From assembly GCA_041910335.1 (NCBI GenBank), contig JAYRRF010000010.1:1-57564 (forward strand): 57,564 nucleotides of DNA. Reading direction: 5' to 3'. Numbering within the stretch: the first letter of the stretch is position 1; every line of letters starts with the position of its first letter. The position numbers were made by a program, and so were the translations under genes. This document shows positions 50,288 to 57,564 of the stretch, piece by piece. The notes under the pieces were generated by a model, which worked only from the letters and a program-made list of their open reading frames with translations, was not told where the DNA came from and made no database searches. Source of the DNA: Candidatus Moraniibacteriota bacterium. GTDB lineage: Bacteria; Patescibacteriota; Minisyncoccia; Moranbacterales; UBA1568.

Positions 50288-50896
50288 ATGAACTTTAGAG
50301 ATATTTCAACTGAAGAACAATCCATTTACACACTCACTGAAAACGAGCAGTGTGTATTTTTCATGCTCAATAGAAGTGGTGAAGTGACCTTTGAACTCGC
50401 CGGTCAGCACGCTAAGGCATATATCTTTGCTCTTTTTCTCGGTAAGGAAGATTCTTATACGCTTGATATCAAGCAGTTACATCGTGCTCCTCACACTACC
50501 TCTCAAGTCATCACCAAAAGCATCCTCCATGATCAGTCCACCGTCGCATATACTGGGCTCATTCATATCGATGAATTAGCTCATGAAAGTGATGCAAGTC
50601 AAGAAAGTCGCGCTCTTTTGCTTAGTCCAGATGCTCGCCATACCGCTATACCGAGCCTGGAAATCCTCCCTCGTGACGTCACCTGTCACCACAAAGCCTC
50701 TGCCGCTCCTCTCAACCAAGGAAGCCTCTTCTATCTCCAGTCTCGCGGCTTGAATAAAGATGAAAGTACCCGTATGCTTATAGATGGATTTATCATGAGT
50801 CTTTTGGAAGATATATCCTCTCTTGGCATCAACGACGAACAACTAACCTCTCTCCAAAAAACAATTTTCCAAAAAACACATTTGCTCTATGCATAA
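50288..50896 (+). CDS. sufD: SufD-like protein (short)
   Basis: Beta-helix C-terminal part, PSLEI...VTCHHKAS, LFYLQSRG. Confidence 0.8.
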   Translation: MNFRDISTEEQSIYTLTENEQCVFFMLNRSGEVTFELAGQHAKAYIFALFLGKEDSYTLDIKQLHRAPHTTSQVITKSILHDQSTVAYTGLIHIDELAHESDASQESRALLLSPDARHTAIPSLEILPRDVTCHHKASAAPLNQGSLFYLQSRGLNKDESTRMLIDGFIMSLLEDISSLGINDEQLTSLQKTIFQKTHLLYA

Positions 50897-52103
50897 AGAT
50901 CTCTTTCCTTTTTTTGAAAACTATCCAGAAATGGTCTATCTCGACAGTGCTGCCACCGCCCTCAAACCAAAGAGTGTCATCGATGCTGAGCTAGAATACC
51001 TCAAACTCTCCAGTACCAATCTCTCACGCGGTCTCTACCCGCTCGCCGAAGAAACCACCAAGCATGTCGAGAAAATTAGAGACTTGATAGCTCGCTTTAT
51101 CAGTGCTCGTGCTGAGGAGATTATTTTTACCAGCGGCACCACTGGAAGTATCAATATGCTAGCCCTCATGCTCGAAGACTCTTTGACTGCTGACGATGCT
51201 ATCGTGGTTACCGACTTTGAGCATCACGCCAACTATCTCCCCTGGAAAGAACTTGCCAAAAGGAAAAAGTCCCACTTTTCTGTGCTTGAGAGTACTCCTA
51301 CCGGCATACTGACCCAGGAAGAAATTCGTCGCAAAGTTGATCAAAATACCGCTATCGTAGCCCTCAGTGCCCTCTCCAACGTGACTGGCATTCTCCAGGA
51401 TGTACCTGAAATGATTCGGACCATTCGAGAAATCAATCCTCATATCATTGTAGTGGTAGATGCGGCTCAGTATATTGCTCATGCACCCGTGGATGTCAAA
51501 AAATGGGATGCTGACTTTGTGGTCTTTTCCGGACACAAGCTCTATGGACCAACTGGCGTCGGTATCCTCTATGGGAAATACCAGATATTGAAAGTTTTAC
51601 AACCGCGAGTATATGGTGGCGGTATGGTCTTAGATGCTTGTACTCCAGAAACGCTCTACAAAGAATCACCGTTGTGCTTTGAAGCTGGAACACAGAATAT
51701 TAGTGGTATCTTCGCTTTTGGAGCAGCTATCCAATTCATGCTCGACTTACGCTACGATACCTTCATACGTCATGACCAAAAACTTCAAAAATACACCGAG
51801 GAGCGTCTCAAGGATACTTTCGGTGATGATGTCTTTATCGTTGGTGGCGGAGACTACTCTCGTCGAGCTGGTATCCTCAGTTTCGCTATGAAAGACATTC
51901 ATCCACATGATATCGCCACTATTCTCGGTGAACGAAATATTTGCATTCGTGCTGGCGAACACTGCGCTCAACCTTGGCATAAAGCCCAGGGATTCCCAGC
52001 TACTACCCGTCTCTCATTCGGCCTCTACAATGATAAGACAGATATAGATCTCTTCATCACTGCCCTTATCGAGATACGCAAGCTCCTCACCGCCAAGTCT
52101 TAA
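50889..52103 (+). CDS. sufS: Cysteine desulfurase (group II)
   Basis: YLDSAAT, SGHKLYGPTG (PLP Lys), RAGEHCAQP. Confidence 0.95.
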   Translation: MHKDLFPFFENYPEMVYLDSAATALKPKSVIDAELEYLKLSSTNLSRGLYPLAEETTKHVEKIRDLIARFISARAEEIIFTSGTTGSINMLALMLEDSLTADDAIVVTDFEHHANYLPWKELAKRKKSHFSVLESTPTGILTQEEIRRKVDQNTAIVALSALSNVTGILQDVPEMIRTIREINPHIIVVVDAAQYIAHAPVDVKKWDADFVVFSGHKLYGPTGVGILYGKYQILKVLQPRVYGGGMVLDACTPETLYKESPLCFEAGTQNISGIFAFGAAIQFMLDLRYDTFIRHDQKLQKYTEERLKDTFGDDVFIVGGGDYSRRAGILSFAMKDIHPHDIATILGERNICIRAGEHCAQPWHKAQGFPATTRLSFGLYNDKTDIDLFITALIEIRKLLTAKS

Positions 52104-52114
52104 TCTCTTCCCTA

Positions 52115-52138
52115 CTACAACCTACTCCCTACAACCTA
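52115..52138. repeat. 10-bp direct repeat CTACAACCTA x2 (period 14)
   Basis: Copies at 52115-52124 and 52129-52138 in the sufS-sufU spacer. Confidence 0.7.
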
Positions 52139-52145
52139 TCTTCAC

Positions 52146-52517
52146 ATGAGCCTCTACCAAGACACCATCCTTGATCATTACCACAATCCAAGAAATTTTG
52201 GTCTTCTTGAAAATGCTACTCATCAAGCGACTGCTCTCAATCCGACCTGTGGCGACAAACTTTCTCTCACTCTAGTTATTGACGATGACACCCTGTGTCA
52301 TATTGGTTTCGAAGGTGAGGGCTGTGCTATATCACTTGCCTCTGCCTCGCTTCTCTACGAGTCATTACTTGGTAAAAAAGTGGAGGAAGTGGCCGCTCTA
52401 GAGCCAACAGAAGTGCTTCGATTGACTGGTCTTACCCTCTCTCCAGGACGCATGAAATGTGCTCTTCTTTCCCTTGAGACCCTCAAAAAGGCACTTCGTG
52501 GTAAAATAGAAGTATAA
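52146..52517 (+). CDS. sufU: SufU/IscU-like scaffold or sulfur acceptor
   Basis: ILDHYHNPRN, NPTCGD, GCAIS, RMKCA. Confidence 0.92.
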   Translation: MSLYQDTILDHYHNPRNFGLLENATHQATALNPTCGDKLSLTLVIDDDTLCHIGFEGEGCAISLASASLLYESLLGKKVEEVAALEPTEVLRLTGLTLSPGRMKCALLSLETLKKALRGKIEV

Positions 52518-52535
52518 TAAATAACTCTCAAAAAT

Positions 52536-52805
52536 ATGGCTTGGAAAGATGAACTCAAACCTTCAGGACCTATTGTTCTTAAAAACGGTTGGACTGTCGA
52601 GGTTGATCGTGGCACTTGTATCGGAGCAGCTCCTTGCACTGCTATGGCTCCTAATTCTTTTGCGCTTGATGATGATGCCAAAGCGGCTATTCTAGCTACA
52701 GTAGATGAAGATGATCAGGAGACTATTCTGAACGCTGCTCAAGCTTGCCCGGTCAGTGCTATCCGCATTAAAGACGCAGATGGTAATCAAGTTTTCCCTG
52801 CCTAA
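52536..52805 (+). CDS. Ferredoxin, probably [3Fe-4S]
   Basis: CIGAAPC (CxxAxxC) plus distal ACPVSAI. Confidence 0.88.
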   Translation: MAWKDELKPSGPIVLKNGWTVEVDRGTCIGAAPCTAMAPNSFALDDDAKAAILATVDEDDQETILNAAQACPVSAIRIKDADGNQVFPA

Positions 52806-52808
52806 ATC

Positions 52809-53126
52809 ATGCTTGTTATTCATTCTCCTCTTGAGGAAAAAGTGAAGAGTCAACTCGACCGAGTTCTGGATCCAGAACTCGGTGTTTCTATCATCGCCCT
52901 TGGACTCATCTATGAAATCACAGTGGATTCAGAGGGTATCTGTAACATTAGAATGACTCTCACGACTATTGGCTGCCCTCTCTTCGGACAGATTCAGAAA
53001 GAGATAGAGGATAAGGTCATGGAACTCGAGGAGATAGAAGATGTTACTATCGAACTCACCTTTGACCCACCTTGGAATCCTGACAAGATGAGTCCCGAGG
53101 CTCGTATCCAGCTTGGCCTCGACTAA
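52809..53126 (+). CDS. SUF system DUF59/SufT-like protein
   Basis: VLDPELGVSIIALGLIY, TLTTIGCP, TFDPPWNPDKM. Confidence 0.9.
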   Translation: MLVIHSPLEEKVKSQLDRVLDPELGVSIIALGLIYEITVDSEGICNIRMTLTTIGCPLFGQIQKEIEDKVMELEEIEDVTIELTFDPPWNPDKMSPEARIQLGLD

Positions 53127-53129
53127 ATA

Positions 53130-53156
53130 AAAACCAACCGTATTGGTGGGTTTTTG
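53130..53156. terminator. Probable bidirectional terminator
   Basis: AAAAACCAACC-GTAT-TGGTGGGTTTTT imperfect hairpin between convergent genes. Confidence 0.6.
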
Positions 53157-53169
53157 TATAGATCAAATT

Positions 53170-54012
53170 TTAATTCTTCTTCTTTTCTTCCGGTGCTGGT
53201 GTTGGAGTAGGCGCTTCAGTATTTCCTATAATCACTGCTATATCAGCCTGCGGGGTCACCTCTCCGGCCGGCAAGTTCCCTAACTTTGCCCCTAAGGCAT
53301 CTGTTATTTCCTGAGCTTTTTGTGGATTTTTTCCTGAGATATCTACTACTACTGTACCTACATAATCATTTTTTACTGCTTTTTCTTTTGTGGTTACTTC
53401 TATATCAGTGATACTAGACATTTCTTTTTCAACGGTATCAGTAACACCTATTTTAGTACTTCCATTATAGAGAGCTACATTCACTCTTTCGGGTAGAGTT
53501 TGTTGTGATGATTCCGAATCTGTTGCTTGCGTTTGTTCTGTCTGATTATTAGCAGAAGTCTTTCCTGAAGTATCCGCATTCAATGTCGTCATGTCAACAA
53601 TCTTCTTAGTGCTTGGTCGATAAAGAATTGCCTTACCGCTCTGACTATAGATAAGTACCTTGTCTCCATTTTCTGCCTTCTGAAAAAAAGCTTGATCTGA
53701 AAGCTTTTCTTTATCAGCTACAGTAGCAAGTGTTGGCTTTTCATCCTGTGGCAATTCCACAAATTGACCTATAGTAGCTGTGAGATCTTCAACCTCTTTA
53801 CTGCTTGCTGCCTCCAAACCATGCTGTGACTTGTAGTAAAAATAAACAGCAATACTACTCACTATCACCAATAAAAAACCCAGAACGATTGTGCTCTTAG
53901 CCAATATTGGTTTTTTGAAAGGTGCGTTGGAATCTACCAAATCTGCCGCAACTTCTTTTGGAGGAACTGTGCTTCGCGATCTTGTGACACGTGTACGAGT
54001 TGTGTTAGCCAT
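53170..54012 (-). CDS. Single-TM protein with conserved unknown domain plus LytR C-terminal-like domain
   Basis: TM; AFF..AENGDK domain; VALYNGS...T.VVDISG...DIAVIIG (LytR_C-like). Confidence 0.7.
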   Translation of the reverse strand: MANTTRTRVTRSRSTVPPKEVAADLVDSNAPFKKPILAKSTIVLGFLLVIVSSIAVYFYYKSQHGLEAASSKEVEDLTATIGQFVELPQDEKPTLATVADKEKLSDQAFFQKAENGDKVLIYSQSGKAILYRPSTKKIVDMTTLNADTSGKTSANNQTEQTQATDSESSQQTLPERVNVALYNGSTKIGVTDTVEKEMSSITDIEVTTKEKAVKNDYVGTVVVDISGKNPQKAQEITDALGAKLGNLPAGEVTPQADIAVIIGNTEAPTPTPAPEEKKKN

Positions 54013-54086
54013 ATACTCACAATATGTTTCTTATATGTATAGTATACTCTATAAGCTCTTTTTTTTCATCCGTACCTACCCTTCTT

Positions 54087-54476
54087 TTACGGATTTTCCG
54101 ACGAGACTTCTGTTATATTAAAAGTGGTAATATTGATAATCTTATTCTGATCCGGTCGAAATAGATACGCCTTGTGTGCCTCCTTGAAAATTATAATCTT
54201 ATCGCCATTCTCTGCTTGGTCAAAAAAAGCCTGCTTAGCGAGTTTTGAGACATCTGTAATAGTCACAATTTGTGGCTCTTCATCTGGTAGTTCTGCCAAA
54301 TTACCAAGTTTCTGTACTACTGGATCACTTACTACAAGATCCCCACTGCTTTTTTGCCTTAAGTAAAAAAGTATTCCCAAAGAAATACTCGTGAGAAAAA
54401 TAATTCCTCCAAAAATAATAATCAGCTTCTTGTATTTTCCGAAAACCATGCGCTTCATCACAAAAAATATCATCAT
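54087..54476 (-). CDS. Single-TM protein, paralogue of the N-terminal domain of 53170-54012
   Basis: LAELP-DEEP...QAFFDQAENGDKIIIF...AYLFRP...KIINI. Confidence 0.7.
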   Translation of the reverse strand: MMIFFVMKRMVFGKYKKLIIIFGGIIFLTSISLGILFYLRQKSSGDLVVSDPVVQKLGNLAELPDEEPQIVTITDVSKLAKQAFFDQAENGDKIIIFKEAHKAYLFRPDQNKIINITTFNITEVSSENP

Positions 54477-54477
54477 T

Positions 54478-55257
54478 CTACTGCGTCGTCTCTTGTCCCT
54501 CTACTCGCAATCCGCTCGTCTGTAACACATCATCTGAAATTGCTTGAGAATCATTATTTTCATTCTTTGTGTCTGTGTTATTGATTATTTTTTCTGTAGA
54601 ATTTTCTTGCGTGCCTTTTTCCTCTTGACCACCAGCTGGATATGACGCTGTATCAGGAACCTCTTCAGTCATCTCTACTTCTGTTGAAGCATCTTCAAAA
54701 TCATTAAAGAAGCCTGTGAGTACACCAAGGGCATCCCTCATGACTGATACAAGTGATCCTTTGAGACTATCTGTGTATGCTGTATTTTTCTGAGCCTCAT
54801 TCTCTATAACTTTCAGTGACTCATCAAGCTTTTTTAAGCTCTCGCCAAACTGAGCTATTGCTCCATCCAAACTCAAAGTTTGAGCTTTTTCTTCCTTTAC
54901 TAAGGGCTTTTTTTCACTCCCCAAAGAAACAAGTTTGTGCTCTGGAATTTTTTCTTTTCTGTATGTCAGTGGTTGTTGAAGAGCTTGTCCGTTTATGGCT
55001 ATTTGATATGTGCCCTCTGGAATACCCCATACGGAGAGGTCGTCTCGAAAGGAGTATTCTTCGTTCTGACAGGTTGTTTGAGAGTTATACACAACCTTAT
55101 CTTCGCTTTTTAGTTCAATAGCCACCAATTCACCCGTACAGCTCCCGGAAATCTTTAACACGCTTTCTTTAAGAGATATTTGGATATCTGAAGCATAGAC
55201 ACCTGAAGTCTGGAAGCACAGTACCACTATTATTAGTGATAAAAATAATCTCTTCAT
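54478..55257 (-). CDS. Hypothetical secreted protein
   Basis: Signal-peptide-like N-terminus, beta-rich then helical and acidic regions. Confidence 0.6.
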   Translation of the reverse strand: MKRLFLSLIIVVLCFQTSGVYASDIQISLKESVLKISGSCTGELVAIELKSEDKVVYNSQTTCQNEEYSFRDDLSVWGIPEGTYQIAINGQALQQPLTYRKEKIPEHKLVSLGSEKKPLVKEEKAQTLSLDGAIAQFGESLKKLDESLKVIENEAQKNTAYTDSLKGSLVSVMRDALGVLTGFFNDFEDASTEVEMTEEVPDTASYPAGGQEEKGTQENSTEKIINNTDTKNENNDSQAISDDVLQTSGLRVEGQETTQ

Positions 55258-55260
55258 AAA

Positions 55261-57564
55261 TTAATAGTCTGTTTCAACATAGGAACTCATAAAAGCAAAC
55301 CCTATCACGCTTGAAGTCCCTCCAACACTCATCCACCCACGAGGAGCAAGTAATGTAGCTGTGGTTGGAAGATTAGTAGTGATAGTTCCAGTAGCTACCG
55401 CTCCTGTTCCAAGATCGGTTACCTCATAGCTTACACTTTGAGTGGTACCTGGTGGTGAAAAAAGAGTAATGTCGTACGCTTTTGTTCTATCAGCGGTTGG
55501 GACTGGGAAACTTGATCCAAGATCAATTTTGGTGACCGCTCCTGTACCACGATGCATGATTTGAATATTAGTATCTGCCGCATCCCATCCCATCCCTACT
55601 ATATTAGTGATAGTAGAAGGCTCTACATCTGTTGGAGCTGCTGTTGTGTTTGCCATACCAACAAAGGCTCTATTCGTAGTCGTAGCTACACCTGTTGCTG
55701 GTCCCCAACGAGTCACCATATGAAAACCGCCAAGAGTGGCATCTGAGGCATGACCGATGGCATACTGAGCTACTCCCGAACGAAAACCCGCTACCGCTGT
55801 TGTAGCCGCTGCTGTAACAAGATAATCCAATCGCCGCATCATCGTATGTACATTGGTAGTAGCTACATTTGCTGCGGTTGCAGTACCCGTAGCAGTAAGA
55901 GCGGCTGCTCCAAATGCAGTTGGTACTGTTGTAGCATTACCTGGCGCTGTCCATACTGCCATCTTGTTTCTTCCTAGATGCGGCTGCAACGCGGTATTTA
56001 TACCACTTGGACCTATAAATGCTGGCATTATACGCCCACCTACTGACTTACCAAAAAGAGCGACATTTCCACTGCTTGGTGCACTTGGTTGATTAGTCAC
56101 TGCCGTCAACACAATTTCCGTATCTGTACCTGAAAGGGCAAAGGTGTTGGTTGTTTTATCCCACGTAAAATCAGTATCTCCACCAAAGGCACTCGAATCA
56201 TTGAATTGAATCTGTCCGTTTGAGCCACCCGGCGCTGTCGCACCAGCACCTATACAATCAGTCCATCCACCTGCCTGGTAACATCGGAATTTTCCGGAGG
56301 CAGAGTTATAGTACATGTCTCCATCTGTACCGCTTGGGTCACCAGCGCTACTCTTATCATCCAAACTCAGTAGATCAGGTGTGGTAGAAGGTGTTCCTGA
56401 ACCAATCTGTACGGTGCCAGTAGTAGCTGAACCAGCAACTTCAAGCTTAAGCCCTCCTGTTCCAGACTGAAGTGTAGTCGTAGAGGTAGTGTTATTAGAA
56501 CCAAATGTAGCTGTTTTTGCTGCTCCTCCTGTACCAATATTGATGGTTTCAGCAGATGAGTCGGTACCTATTGCCAGAGTACCTGTTGTTCCAGAGTCAA
56601 TCGTAAGACCAGTCGCTGCCCCAGAACTGATCGTGAGAGCGCCTGAACCACTATAACTTTGTCCTGCTGCAACAGTTACACTTCCGCTAGAGTTGACCTG
56701 AAAGAGTCCTCCACTTCCCACTGTAAGAAGAGAGCTAGGCGCCGCTTCTCCAATACCCACGTTGCCATTACCATCTATCACAAACGGTGTCGTATCTCCA
56801 GCAACATCATCAATTCTCAAAGCGAGGTTACCAGTGCCTGTTGCTCTGTGATCAATATAAAGACCAACATTAGCACTGGCGGTACCTGTGTTGGAGATTT
56901 TTACCACGTTTCCAGTATTCGAAGCATTTGATCCACTAGCTGTAAATTCTGCTAAACTGCCAGTGAGACCCGTAGATGAAGAGTTGATAGTAAGGCCTTT
57001 TCCAGAAGTCAACGCATTAGCTGTAACTGTAAGCCCTGTCTCAGTATCAATATTATTCGCTGTCACATTGAGTCCATTTGCATTATTAGATGACTGAATG
57101 AGATCAAGAGCCACTACTGCAGCAGTTGTATTTTGTTGATTCAATTGTAATAAGAAAGCGCTGTCTGTACCCGCTGAAGTTGGGTTAGAAAATACCAATC
57201 CATCATCAGCAGCAGAAAGTGTCACCGTTGTATTACTGCCATCAACATCATTATCATAAGCCCCCTGGAGAGTACTACTGCCTCCTCCGCAAGATCCCCA
57301 TGAAGGAATTCCTCCACTTACTACCAAACAAGTACCGCTACCTCCAATAGTTAGCTTAGAGAGCGTATTCGAAGCAGAAGCATAAAGAATATCTCCGGTA
57401 GCATACGTCGTGATATTAGTACCACCATTACCTACCGGAAGAGTTCCGGTTACTTCAGTGGTGAGGTCTACTGATGTACCAAGAGTAGAAGCTACTGTGA
57501 TAGTACCTGCTCCATTGGTAATGGTGATACCACTGCCTTGGGTAAGTGTTGCGAGAGTGTAGCC
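55261..57564 (-). CDS. Large Gly/Thr/Ser-rich tail-fibre/adhesin-like protein (5' part outside window)
   Basis: Frame stays open past the ORF-track start to the window edge (GYTLATLTQGSG...VTGTLPVGNGGT...); motifs GNVGIG..P, GDMYYNS...FRCY, PGGSNGQIQFND. Confidence 0.8.
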   Translation of the reverse strand, partial: GYTLATLTQGSGITITNGAGTITVASTLGTSVDLTTEVTGTLPVGNGGTNITTYATGDILYASASNTLSKLTIGGSGTCLVVSGGIPSWGSCGGGSSTLQGAYDNDVDGSNTTVTLSAADDGLVFSNPTSAGTDSAFLLQLNQQNTTAAVVALDLIQSSNNANGLNVTANNIDTETGLTVTANALTSGKGLTINSSSTGLTGSLAEFTASGSNASNTGNVVKISNTGTASANVGLYIDHRATGTGNLALRIDDVAGDTTPFVIDGNGNVGIGEAAPSSLLTVGSGGLFQVNSSGSVTVAAGQSYSGSGALTISSGAATGLTIDSGTTGTLAIGTDSSAETINIGTGGAAKTATFGSNNTTSTTTLQSGTGGLKLEVAGSATTGTVQIGSGTPSTTPDLLSLDDKSSAGDPSGTDGDMYYNSASGKFRCYQAGGWTDCIGAGATAPGGSNGQIQFNDSSAFGGDTDFTWDKTTNTFALSGTDTEIVLTAVTNQPSAPSSGNVALFGKSVGGRIMPAFIGPSGINTALQPHLGRNKMAVWTAPGNATTVPTAFGAAALTATGTATAANVATTNVHTMMRRLDYLVTAAATTAVAGFRSGVAQYAIGHASDATLGGFHMVTRWGPATGVATTTNRAFVGMANTTAAPTDVEPSTITNIVGMGWDAADTNIQIMHRGTGAVTKIDLGSSFPVPTADRTKAYDITLFSPPGTTQSVSYEVTDLGTGAVATGTITTNLPTTATLLAPRGWMSVGGTSSVIGFAFMSSYVETDY

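Overview
This 57.6 kb window is bacterial chromosome in genetic code 11. Gene content points to Patescibacteria/CPR (Parcubacteria, possibly Moranbacteria-like); that is an inference, not a database result. The markers are a homodimeric GlyRS, a type-2 IleRS, aminoacyl-tRNA synthetases with NUDIX insertions, a short atpH with no atpI, and CPR-style surface proteins. Most genes lie on the minus strand. Housekeeping content: glmS (partial), leuS, a full F-type ATP synthase operon, tatD, metG, rsmI, an M16 peptidase, pepA, glyQS, tgt, recO, ileS, argS, trhO, smpB-tmRNA-infC-rpmI-rplT, lgt, mutY, mnmA, dus, and an Rrf2-led SUF Fe-S operon with a ferredoxin. The window ends inside a large tail-fibre-like surface protein. 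I found no CRISPR array, IS element, tRNA or rRNA. Best leads: (1) an Ile T-box riboswitch whose first controlled gene is an unknown coiled-coil protein, tightly coupled to IleRS-NUDIX and a P-loop kinase; (2) tandem lysozyme-like paralogues, one behind a structured ~160-nt leader that looks like a riboswitch; (3) a 122-nt structured element between atpE and atpF, plus an internal atpE promoter; (4) an orphan Cys-His-Asp enzyme sharing a -35 element with the suf operon; (5) tmRNA joined directly to infC; (6) a TGT with a divergent base-binding pocket. Start codons were adjusted by eye, and all RNA structures were paired by hand, not computed.
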